A stretch of DNA of 63,005 nt, filler included, from Actinomycetota bacterium (lineage in GTDB: Bacteria > Actinomycetota > CADDZG01 > JAHWKV01 > JAOPZY01): the NCBI GenBank assembly GCA_025963875.1. It is 6 parts of 6 records of this genome, joined end to end, with 100 filler letters (N's around TTAATTAATTAA, not from the genome) between each part and the next. Parts side by side here need not be neighbours in the genome. Positions count along the whole stretch, not along the records: positions 1 to 17,305 come from JAOPZY010000256.1; 5 more parts are not named here. One strand, given 5' to 3'. The translations under genes were made by a program, and so were the position numbers. Below the pieces are notes generated by a model that ran no database searches, was not told the DNA's origin, and worked only from the letters and a program-made list of their open reading frames with translations. This document shows, piece after piece, positions 8,902 through 17,405 of this stretch. Each line of letters opens with the position of its first letter. The first letter of the stretch is position 1.

Positions 8902-10083
8902 GTGAACCTCCTGCGGTACATCTACCTGCCCCTGGGCGCCCTGGGCCTGGTGCGGTGGCTGTCTTGGCTGGTGCACCGGATCCCCGCCGCCTTTTACCGC
9001 CCCGTCACCACCGGCTACCGAGAGTCCTTGGCCGTGGTGACGCCGGTCTACCAGGAGGATCCCGACATTTTTCGTCAGGCAATAGAGTCGTGGCTTGCCA
9101 ATGGCGTGGATGAAGTGATTTGCGTGATCGATGTCACTGATACGGTCTGTCGCGATATCGCCGCCGAATATCCGGTACGGATCATCATGACGGAGGTCCC
9201 GGGCAAGCGCGATGCGCTGCGCAAGGGGTGGGAAGCGGCATCTACAGTCCTCGTCGCTCTGGTCGACTCGGACACGATCTGGGCCCCCGACGTCCGCGCC
9301 CGGGTGTGCGAGCCCTTCGTCGATCCGAAGGTCGGGGGTGTCGGCACCCGCCAGAGCGTCTTCAAGCCGCGTACACTCTGGCAGAACGCAGCAGACATGT
9401 ACCTGGACTACCGCTATTTCGATGAGCTCGCAGCCCAAACGGTCGTGGGACAGGCGGTCTCGTGCCTGTCAGGGCGTACGGCGGTCTATCGCCGACTCCT
9501 GCTCGAGGACGTCAGTGAAGAATTCATGAACGAGACATTTCTCGGCATTCCCTGCCTGTCCGGCGATGACAAGCGCCTGACGTGTCTGACCATCAAGCGG
9601 GGCTACAAGACCTGTCTCCAGCGCAATGCACGCGTATGGTCCACATTCCCGGCCAAGTTCACCGGGTTTCGCAAGCAGCGCCTGCGGTGGGCCCGCAACA
9701 CATGGCGGAGCGACCTCAGAGCGATCGGCGAAGGCTGGGCGTTCAGGCATCCGATGCTGGCGTTCATGATGGTGGACAAGATGGTGAGCGGCTTCACCCT
9801 CCTCAGCTCGCTTGCCTTCCTCATACTCGCGGTAGTCCTCGGGCACTGGCTCATCGCCCTCACCCTGGTGTGCTGGTGGTTTCTCAGCCGCTGCGCCAAG
9901 CTACTCCCCCATCTGCGCAACCGCCCCGAGGAGCTGCGCATCGTCCCCGCATTCATCATGGTGTCGATCGTGATGGCGGTCATCAAGATCTGGGCACTCA
10001 TCACGATCAAGGAGCAGCGCTGGCTCACTCGCCAGGTACAGGTCGAACATGGCGAGGTTGTCCGCACCCAGGGAGACTCATAG
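8902..10083 (+). CDS. Processive glycosyltransferase family 2 (hyaluronan synthase/NodC/Alg8-like polysaccharide synthase)
   Basis: PVYQE, GKRDAL, VDSD (DxD), CLSGRTAVYR, GDDKRLT, QRLRW (QxxRW); N- and C-terminal TM helices. GTG start at 8902 inferred. Confidence 0.88.
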   Translation: MNLLRYIYLPLGALGLVRWLSWLVHRIPAAFYRPVTTGYRESLAVVTPVYQEDPDIFRQAIESWLANGVDEVICVIDVTDTVCRDIAAEYPVRIIMTEVPGKRDALRKGWEAASTVLVALVDSDTIWAPDVRARVCEPFVDPKVGGVGTRQSVFKPRTLWQNAADMYLDYRYFDELAAQTVVGQAVSCLSGRTAVYRRLLLEDVSEEFMNETFLGIPCLSGDDKRLTCLTIKRGYKTCLQRNARVWSTFPAKFTGFRKQRLRWARNTWRSDLRAIGEGWAFRHPMLAFMMVDKMVSGFTLLSSLAFLILAVVLGHWLIALTLVCWWFLSRCAKLLPHLRNRPEELRIVPAFIMVSIVMAVIKIWALITIKEQRWLTRQVQVEHGEVVRTQGDS

Positions 10084-11775
10084 TTGATTCGACGCCTGCT
10101 TGCCGGACTGCTGTGTCTCTTCGCCCTCGTGGGGCCCGTGGTTGCTGCTCTGAAGACCCACGTCCTGGCGCACCGCCACCCCGCGGTAGCCGTAACCAGG
10201 GGCGCCTCACCCGTCGTGACCACACCACCGCCGCCGGTGGTGTCGCCCGGTCCGGTATCCCTTCATGACCGTGTCGTACTCATCGGACCCACCGCCATTG
10301 AGCTCGTCCAAGGCCCCGCCGTCGTTCGGTCAATCCCGTTCGCGGGCGGCACAACCGTGGGCTTCGAATCAGTGGTCACAGCAGTGGCCGACCCCGCCTG
10401 GTTGGCCGAGGACGGTCCCGGCATCTTTGCGGTTCGGGCCGCTGTGGTGCAGTCGCCCTCCACGGACCTGACTTTCGCCGCGCCGGCGGTGCGGGAAGTG
10501 CGCCTGATCAATCTTCCCGAGGTGTACCTGGCCGGTGATCACGCGCACGCAAGGTTCGACGGCGTGAGGGTCATCTCATGGGACCCGCCGGCAGGCCAGC
10601 CGGTCCTCCGAACGGTTGCGGGTCGCCCGTTCGTGCTTTACCAGAATGGGTCCCGGGTCGACATGGCCAAGAGCGAGATGGCCTACCTGGGATCGGATCG
10701 GGCACCCGCCGTCGGTGTTGCGTGGACGAAACATAGCTCCGGGACCGTGACCGACTCGCGCTTCGACCACAACGCCGTCGGCGCCTATGTGAGCCTGTCC
10801 GACCACTTCATCATGCAGCGCAACACGTTCGAAGGCAATGCAAAGGACGGACTCCAGGTGAGAGAGGGAAGCACCGCCGCCCTCCTGGACGGCAACGAGG
10901 CGAGCGGCAACGGGGGCAACGGCATCCTGGTCACCGGTGCGTCAACGGGCAGCACGGTGAGCGGCAACCACGTGCACAACAATGCCGGGGACGGCATCGC
11001 CGTCCGGTTGAGATCCGACACCACGACGCTCACGGGGAACCAGGCCGATCACAACGGGGCCAATGGCCTCACCATCTCGGGCTCTGGGGCCACCTCGGTA
11101 ACCCGCAACCGTTCAGTGTCGAACCGAGTCGGGATCAACGCGACCGAAGGCACAAGTGGCGCAATCGTCCGGGCCAACCAGGTCGCCGGCAACCAGGTTG
11201 GCATCGCGATCGGCGATGAGGCCCCGGGGACGATCGTCTCTGCCAACACCGTCCTGGGACCGGGCAAGCTCGGGATCCTCATAGCCGGCCCAGGTACGTC
11301 CGTCGTCGGCGGATCCGTGAGCGAGGCCACCGTCGGTGTCGACGTGCGGGTTAACGCCATCCTCGACTCAGTCTCCCTGACGCAGGTCAGCCGGGGGGTT
11401 GTCGTCCGGCACTCAGCGGTGCTGGATGGCCGGTCGCTGCACGTTGTCGCCGACAGCATCGGGATCGCCTTCGAACCTGGGGGGATGGCCAACGTCACCG
11501 GTTCCGACGTCCGCGCTATCGTCCCGCTATCGGGCGGTAACCTCGCTGGCCATACCGGGACATCGCTGTCCTCCACCCGCCCCGTCGCTCCATTGACGAT
11601 CTTCGGAGCCGCGGTCCTGCTCGTGGCGGTGCTGGTCGAGTTGATTCGGAGGATCCGCGAGCGCCACGATCCTCCGGTGGCGCCGGCGCCGCCCACCTCC
11701 AGCCCCAGTGGCCGGTCAGAGGACCCCCTTTCCTTGCCGGAGCTGGCCCATGATGTGAACGTAGTGCGTGGGTGA
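10084..11775 (+). CDS. Right-handed parallel beta-helix protein (AlgG/NosD-like), signal peptide plus C-terminal TM anchor
   Basis: Repeated N-x-x-x-G-N-x-x-(D/N)-G-I rungs. VISWD...GRPFV...SEMAYLG segment resembles AlgG-type proteins. Hydrophobic N- and C-termini. Starts directly after the GT2 stop. Confidence 0.8.
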   Translation: MIRRLLAGLLCLFALVGPVVAALKTHVLAHRHPAVAVTRGASPVVTTPPPPVVSPGPVSLHDRVVLIGPTAIELVQGPAVVRSIPFAGGTTVGFESVVTAVADPAWLAEDGPGIFAVRAAVVQSPSTDLTFAAPAVREVRLINLPEVYLAGDHAHARFDGVRVISWDPPAGQPVLRTVAGRPFVLYQNGSRVDMAKSEMAYLGSDRAPAVGVAWTKHSSGTVTDSRFDHNAVGAYVSLSDHFIMQRNTFEGNAKDGLQVREGSTAALLDGNEASGNGGNGILVTGASTGSTVSGNHVHNNAGDGIAVRLRSDTTTLTGNQADHNGANGLTISGSGATSVTRNRSVSNRVGINATEGTSGAIVRANQVAGNQVGIAIGDEAPGTIVSANTVLGPGKLGILIAGPGTSVVGGSVSEATVGVDVRVNAILDSVSLTQVSRGVVVRHSAVLDGRSLHVVADSIGIAFEPGGMANVTGSDVRAIVPLSGGNLAGHTGTSLSSTRPVAPLTIFGAAVLLVAVLVELIRRIRERHDPPVAPAPPTSSPSGRSEDPLSLPELAHDVNVVRG

Positions 11776-11789
11776 CAGGGCCCGAATCC

Positions 11790-13058
11790 TCAACCACACG
11801 GCGCCATCAGACCTAGATCTCCCATCGAGATCCCCGTCTGGATCCTCGAAGTGTCGAAGGTATTCCCGCAGAGGGTTCCCTGGCTTCCGATCTGCTTGTT
11901 GGTGATCGACACGCCTGCCGCCGGCGAGAAGCTGTTGTTCTGGATGGCGTTTCCCCCTTGGAGGTATGGCCCCGAATCGCTCCCCATCTTGAGCCCATAC
12001 CCGCGGCTCTGCGTCACGCGGTTCCCAACGATCACGTTGTTGTAGCCGCGCAACTCGATGTTGCTGCCGTTGAAGCTGAGCGGTTCGTCGTTGTAACCAC
12101 AATCGTTGTTCTGGAAGCGATTGCCATAGGAGTTCTCCTTGACATCCAGGCACTCCGAGCCGAACGTGTTGATGGTGTTGTCGTGGATGTAGTTGTTGTT
12201 CGTGGTGTCGCTGGCGAACATGGGTTGATCCGTGGAGCTCGGACTGGTGCCGAGGTACACGCCCTCGCCATTGTGGTACTTGTATTGCGAGACGTCGTGG
12301 CCCTGCCCGAACAGTCCACACCACTGGATGACGGAGTCCGCTACCTCATTGTGATTCGCTGCGTTGCGCATCCGAAGACATTCACCCCCAGCGCCATTGA
12401 GGAACATGTTCCGGATGATGATGCCGGTGAGGTTGCGGGAAGTGTCGGCAGCTCCGATGTAGATAAGGTGGCCGTCGGCCACCTTGGTCTGGACCGAGTC
12501 TTTGAAGGCACGCACGTTGGAGAGTGACTTGGGGTAGGCCGTCGTCGACAAACGTTCCTGGCCGTCGATCGTGAAACCGTCGAAGACGTAATAGCTGTGG
12601 TTCACACTCACCAGCCGGGAGGTCCCGAAGAGGACTGCCTTGTACCGGCCAGACCAATCCTTTCCAGTTTCGGGACCCTTGATCGTGATGGGATGTCCGG
12701 ACGTGCCGGCGGTGAGGGTGGTGAGTTGCTCGTGGTAGGCACCTGCCGCCAGCTTGATCGTGTCACCGGATCGGACGCGCTTCAGGGCTGTCTGGATCAG
12801 CCGAAGAGGCTGGGATGACGACTTGCCGCTATTGCTGTCACTGCCCTTGGGACTCACGTAGTACGTAATCGCAGAGGCTGTCGCAGCGGATGCCGTGGTG
12901 ATGCCCGTTGGGACTCCTGCGAGGCTGCCGGAGGGAGCCAGCGCGATCCCCGTCAGAAGCAGCGATGCCAGCGCGCCGGCACTTCCAAACCTCACCACGC
13001 GCGACAAAAAAAGGTGGGAGACGGACCCATGTTGCAGAAGCAGCCTTAGCATTTTCAT
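11790..13058 (-). CDS. Secreted beta-helix protein (DUF1565 N-terminus), probable polysaccharide lyase (PL31-like)
   Basis: YYVSPKGSDSNSG...P...IQTAL...GDTIKLAAGAY...P.TIKG, then GECLRMR, GEGVYLG and ECLDVKE motifs. Start uncertain. Confidence 0.72.
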   Translation of the reverse strand: MKMLRLLLQHGSVSHLFLSRVVRFGSAGALASLLLTGIALAPSGSLAGVPTGITTASAATASAITYYVSPKGSDSNSGKSSSQPLRLIQTALKRVRSGDTIKLAAGAYHEQLTTLTAGTSGHPITIKGPETGKDWSGRYKAVLFGTSRLVSVNHSYYVFDGFTIDGQERLSTTAYPKSLSNVRAFKDSVQTKVADGHLIYIGAADTSRNLTGIIIRNMFLNGAGGECLRMRNAANHNEVADSVIQWCGLFGQGHDVSQYKYHNGEGVYLGTSPSSTDQPMFASDTTNNNYIHDNTINTFGSECLDVKENSYGNRFQNNDCGYNDEPLSFNGSNIELRGYNNVIVGNRVTQSRGYGLKMGSDSGPYLQGGNAIQNNSFSPAAGVSITNKQIGSQGTLCGNTFDTSRIQTGISMGDLGLMAPCG

Positions 13059-13222
13059 CGCGCGGCACCAATCGATCGAGCGAGCGGGGGACCCTGCTCC
13101 TAGTTCATCGGTCGGCACCGACGACCCATGAATAGGCCGTTTGAGCCATCTCGGGTCAGGGGATGCAAACCCGCGCACGTCTGGGCGCTACCACTGGCTG
13201 TTGGTTGGGAGAGGTTCCGGGC

Positions 13223-14146
13223 CTAGCCCGTCGTCGCCGCGGCCGGCTCGTTCACGGCGTGAGGACTAACGGTGAAGTCCGCAAAATCGGCATACGTGTC
13301 GACGGGCGTTGCCCAGGTGGAATCGCCTCCACCGAAGAACGTGGAGAACAGCACACCCTCGATCTGCAGGCTGGCACTGGAGCGAAACAGGACCCCGGTT
13401 TCCGCGAGGACGCGCTTTCCATCGAACCACACCGTAATCCGGCCGTTGCCCTTCCCGACATCGTTGAGGACGATCTCCTGCTGGATCTCGTGCCACGTGC
13501 CGGTCGAGAACGTCCAGTTTCCTCGACCGATGGAGGTCCCGTGCTCCTGGCTGGTCGGCAGGTAGGCATACACCTCGCCTGCCCCCCCTGCCCGCCACAT
13601 GTACCGGGTCGACAAGCCATTCGTGCCATCTGGTATCCGTCTACCACTGGTCTGGATCCCACCATAGAGACCGGGTAGCTTTCCGCCTTTCACAAAGTCA
13701 AACCCGTTAGGAAATCGGACGAAATATCGAAGAGCCAGCGAGTCAGCAGGGACTGAGTTCCGAGGAACAAGATACCGCTGCCCTCCGCCGACGGGAGCAC
13801 CGTTGTTGTTCTTCACGAGCTCGCTGGCAGAACCCTTGGGGTAATGCACGCGGAGGATCAAGGGGAAGCGTCCGGCCGGCTCGGGAATGACCTCCATGTT
13901 CTGGTCGCCGAAGCTTCCACTTTGGCGGGTCGTGAACGCTGGCGACCAGAATGCGTCCACCGGGATCGCGCTCTGGATCCCACGCCGGGCAGGCGGGGCC
14001 GTGTGCCGCACCGATGTAAGGATGGCCAACGCCAAGGCGAGAAGGGCGATTGCCACTACGAGTGCCACGCGACCGCGCTTCGATGGACGGCTTGATTCGT
14101 CAGGCGGGAGGCTGCGCCGGTACTCGTCGACATCGGGTTGCCCCAT
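13223..14146 (-). CDS. Polysaccharide lyase family 14 protein with N-terminal membrane anchor
   Basis: YPKGS, YFVRFPNGFDFVKGGKLPGLYGG, LSTRYMWR, GEVYAY and FSTFFGG are characteristic of PL14. TM helix near the N-terminus. Confidence 0.88.
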   Translation of the reverse strand: MGQPDVDEYRRSLPPDESSRPSKRGRVALVVAIALLALALAILTSVRHTAPPARRGIQSAIPVDAFWSPAFTTRQSGSFGDQNMEVIPEPAGRFPLILRVHYPKGSASELVKNNNGAPVGGGQRYLVPRNSVPADSLALRYFVRFPNGFDFVKGGKLPGLYGGIQTSGRRIPDGTNGLSTRYMWRAGGAGEVYAYLPTSQEHGTSIGRGNWTFSTGTWHEIQQEIVLNDVGKGNGRITVWFDGKRVLAETGVLFRSSASLQIEGVLFSTFFGGGDSTWATPVDTYADFADFTVSPHAVNEPAAATTG

Positions 14147-14468
14147 TCGGAGAGTATAGAACCGCGCTTCCAGAGCGGGTGGGCGACACGGGCATCGAAC
14201 GGGTCCCCGTGACCGGCCGTCCCCCGTCGCCCGCTGTACCTCCGTCGCGCGCTGTACAGGCAACCAATCCTTCAGCGGATTGGGTCCATTTCAATGCCAA
14301 TGTTTCGGGTATGTGAACGGCGGGTATCCGTACTTTTTACATTAACTTTTCGTAATGGTTTACCGGCATTTCCCCTTGACTAGCCGATAGCACTCATGGG
14401 CAGACTAACGCGATAAGTTTGTCACTACGCCGGCGAAGCGTACAAAGTGGATCCTCCCGGGGGTGGTC

Positions 14469-15485
14469 ATGGCACGCGTCATTGTGGTGGGGTCTGGAGT
14501 TGTTGGCACAGCGTCCGGCAAGGGTATGGCCCGATTGGGTCACGATGTCACATTCGTGGACGTGAATCCGGTTCGGCTGGAAGCCTTGGCCAGCGAGGGC
14601 CTCGATGCAACGGATCGCATCGATCTGCGAGGAGCAGCGGCCGTGGTCCTCATGACGCTGCCCACTCCCTATGTTGACGGACAGGGCTATGACCTGTCTG
14701 CCTTCATGGCGGGGACCAGGGCGGTGGGAGAGGCCCTGCGGCACGCCCGGGAGCTGCACACAGTTGTCGTCCGTTCCACGGTTCCGCCTGGGACCACGGA
14801 AGGCATGATCCAGCCACTGCTGGAACAGACCTCCGGCAAGCGGGTGGATGAGGGGTTCGCTCTGGCCTCCAACCCTGAATTCCTTCGCGCCCTGTCGGCC
14901 CTCGAGGATTTCCTCTCCCCATGGATGACCGTGATCGGATCCCGGAATCCAGCCACCATCGAGCGCTTGGAGACTCTCTATCGGCCGCTGGGCGGAGAGA
15001 TGCGTACATTCCCCAATCCCGCAACCGCCGAAATGATCAAGTGCTGCCACAACATCTACAACGCCACCAAGATCAGCTTCTGGAACGAGATGTGGCTCGT
15101 GGCAGAGCGCCTGGGCATTCCGTCCAACGACGTAGCCAAGACGGTGGCACGCTCCTCGGAGGGATCCTTCAACATCGATTACGGCATCCGCGGAGGGGCC
15201 CCGTACGGCGGAGCATGTCTCCCCAAGGACGCCAGGGGCTTCCTCGGATTCGCCGAGGGCCTCGGCATGACCATGCCGCTGCTCGGGGCGGTTGTCGCCG
15301 TCAACGCGCTGATGGAACAGGTGGAGAGCCAGGAAGTCGTGGCTGCCGAGGCGCTGCTCCTGCAGGCCCGCGAGGTCCGGGCCCCCGTCATCGACCTCAC
15401 GGCTGTCGAAGAGGAGAACTGGGTAGCAGTCGAAGAGGAGAACTGGGTAGCAGAAGAGGCGGCCTCCGAGCAGCTCTCGGCCTGA
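14469..15485 (+). CDS. UDP-glucose/GDP-mannose dehydrogenase family protein (short form)
   Basis: GSGVVG Rossmann motif, RSTVPPGTT, NPEFLR, AEMIK...NATKISFWNE, YGGACLPKD with catalytic Cys. Confidence 0.92.
   Translation: MARVIVVGSGVVGTASGKGMARLGHDVTFVDVNPVRLEALASEGLDATDRIDLRGAAAVVLMTLPTPYVDGQGYDLSAFMAGTRAVGEALRHARELHTVVVRSTVPPGTTEGMIQPLLEQTSGKRVDEGFALASNPEFLRALSALEDFLSPWMTVIGSRNPATIERLETLYRPLGGEMRTFPNPATAEMIKCCHNIYNATKISFWNEMWLVAERLGIPSNDVAKTVARSSEGSFNIDYGIRGGAPYGGACLPKDARGFLGFAEGLGMTMPLLGAVVAVNALMEQVESQEVVAAEALLLQAREVRAPVIDLTAVEEENWVAVEEENWVAEEAASEQLSA
15405..15452 (+). repeat. Perfect 24-bp tandem duplication (VEEENWVA x2)
   Basis: GTCGAAGAGGAGAACTGGGTAGCA at 15405-15428 and 15429-15452. 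Confidence 0.95.
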
Positions 15486-15588
15486 GGGCCCTACGACGCC
15501 CGTCTTGCTCCGCCGATAGAGTGCCGAGACTGGGATGTCCGGGCGACCAGATACTCAATCAACTCAGGCCTCGAAAGGAAAGGGGAAG

Positions 15589-16491
15589 GTGAAGCAGAGC
15601 CCAAAGCACAGACTGCGGCCCAGCCGCGCCTGGTCCTGGGCTGGTCTCGTGGCGATATCCGCATTGGCCCTCGCGGGGGCCGGGGCAGCCTTGTCCGGAA
15701 CCGCAGCGGCTGTGGATGGGCCCGGGGCAACCTCCGCCCTCGCCCCTGACGCCGTAGTCAATCCGCTTGGGAGCACCGTCAGCGCGACCGCCGGGGGCGG
15801 CCAAGACAGTAAGAGGCACGCGCCAGGCCAGGCCGATCCCACGCCGGTGCCCACGCCCACCTGGGACGATGATGACGGTCTTCCGCCCACACCCACACCG
15901 GTTGACATGCCCACACCGACGCCGACCCCGGCGGACACTCCGCCGCCCACCCCCACCCCCACTCCGACACCGCTGCCCACGCCCACCCCTGCTCCCGCAC
16001 CCGTAGTGGCAGCCATCGAACCCAGTCCCGCCCAGACGGTGATCGAGCCCTCACCGGCTCTAACGACTCCGAGCCCAGCAGCCGTCCCCGAGGTCGCAGC
16101 AGTCCACAACACCGCACCCCACGAGACGGTGCCCCATGAGCACATCCCTCACCGCGTAACCCCGCATTCGTCAACGCCCCACGAGCACGTTGCGCACGAG
16201 CACCTTCCGCACTCCGTGGCCACGCAGGCATCCGGGTCGTCTGCGGTGATCAAGCACTTCGACAACCTCCAAACGCAACCGAAAGACGCGCCGGCGCCGT
16301 CGCCTACCCCCCACTTTCTCAGTCGGCTGGGTCACCCCCAAACCGCAGCAAGCGAGGGGGCCTTGGTGATCGTGCTGGCCTGCGTCTTGTACCTCGTTGG
16401 CGTCGCCATCTCAAGGTCGAGATGGGGCTCGGAACGCTCTACCCGACGCCGCTTCCTGAAGGCAGATCCAAGCCGCCACAGCCAGGACTGA
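15589..16491 (+). CDS. Secreted Pro/Thr-rich surface protein with His-repeat region and C-terminal TM anchor
   Basis: GTG after a purine-rich RBS; signal peptide, PT repeats, His every fifth residue, TM helix and basic tail. Confidence 0.7.
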   Translation: MKQSPKHRLRPSRAWSWAGLVAISALALAGAGAALSGTAAAVDGPGATSALAPDAVVNPLGSTVSATAGGGQDSKRHAPGQADPTPVPTPTWDDDDGLPPTPTPVDMPTPTPTPADTPPPTPTPTPTPLPTPTPAPAPVVAAIEPSPAQTVIEPSPALTTPSPAAVPEVAAVHNTAPHETVPHEHIPHRVTPHSSTPHEHVAHEHLPHSVATQASGSSAVIKHFDNLQTQPKDAPAPSPTPHFLSRLGHPQTAASEGALVIVLACVLYLVGVAISRSRWGSERSTRRRFLKADPSRHSQD

Positions 16492-16675
16492 CTTCGAGAC
16501 AGTCAGACAACTCAGCGGTGCCGTATGCTGTGCGCGCCCGCCCTCGTCGCCACCGTTCTGGCCACCCAAGTGCCCGCCGGGCCCCAGCGGGTTGCTCGTT
16601 GACTGCCATGAGATGGTCGGATGGTGGGCGCGTCCGGACTTTCCGCCGACCGCCTAACTCCGGACCCCGCTCATC

Positions 16676-16969
16676 ATGCTGGCCGTCGCGGCATCGATCC
16701 TTGCTCCCACGGCCCGCCACACCCTGGCCGTGGTGGTGACCCTCAACGTGGTGGTCATCGCCCCGATCTTCGCCCTCTTCTTCCTTCTCTCCCTCTCCTA
16801 CGGACAGCTGCGGGAGCTTCGCTACCTGCCGCTGTACTTCCCGTTCCAGATGGCCAGGCGCCTGGCGAAGTTCGAGTCGACGCTTTCGCTGCCCACGCGC
16901 CCCTCGCCGTTCCTCCGGCGGAGGGGCCGCGTGCCGGGCCCGCAGCCGGCCGACCTCCTGAAGGTCTGA
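16676..16969 (+). pseudogene. Probable C-terminal membrane fragment of a glycosyltransferase
   Basis: Hydrophobic 97-aa segment ending [26 protein letters not shown], resembling GT2 C-terminal TM regions. No intact N-terminal domain upstream. Confidence 0.45.
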
Positions 16970-17013
16970 GCCTGGGAGGGAGCCCCGAGGCACCCGGCTA
17001 TAGTCGATCTGAG

Positions 17014-17305
17014 ATGCAAGATCCTGTCCAGCCCGACCGCACCGACGAGCTCACGGCCCTGCTGCGCGAGCGGATCCTGGTCCTCGACGGCGCCATGGGC
17101 ACGATGGTCCAGACCTACGACCTCGAGGAGCGCGACTACCGGGGCGAGCGGTTCAAGGACTGGCACTGCGACCTCAAGAACAACAACGACCTGCTGGTGC
17201 TCACCAGGCCGCAGATCATCAGGGAGATCCACCGCCGCTACCTGGAGGCGGGGGCGGACATCATCGAGACGAACACCTTCGCCGCCCAGGCGATCTCCCA
17301 GGCGG
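17014..17305 (+). CDS. metH: B12-dependent methionine synthase, 5' part (truncated by contig end)
   Basis: [15 protein letters not shown]...[10 protein letters not shown]...[16 protein letters not shown]. Confidence 0.93.
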
Positions 17306-17405
17306 NNNNNNNNNNNNNNNNNNNNNNNNNNNNNNNNNNNNNNNNNNNNTTAATTAATTAANNNNNNNNNNNNNNNNNNNNNNNNNNNNNNNNNNNNNNN
17401 NNNNN
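17306..17405. other. Artificial contig spacer
   Basis: N-run, TTAATTAATTAA (stops in all frames), N-run; 100 bp. Confidence 0.98.

Noticed and set aside
15405..15452. 24-bp repeat as a mini CRISPR array
   Set aside because: The copies are directly adjacent with no spacer, lie in frame within a CDS, and no cas genes are present.
15840..16000. ACGCC/CCCAC-type repeats (also 58630-58790) as DNA-level repeat elements
   Set aside because: They are explained by Pro-Thr/Ser linker coding.
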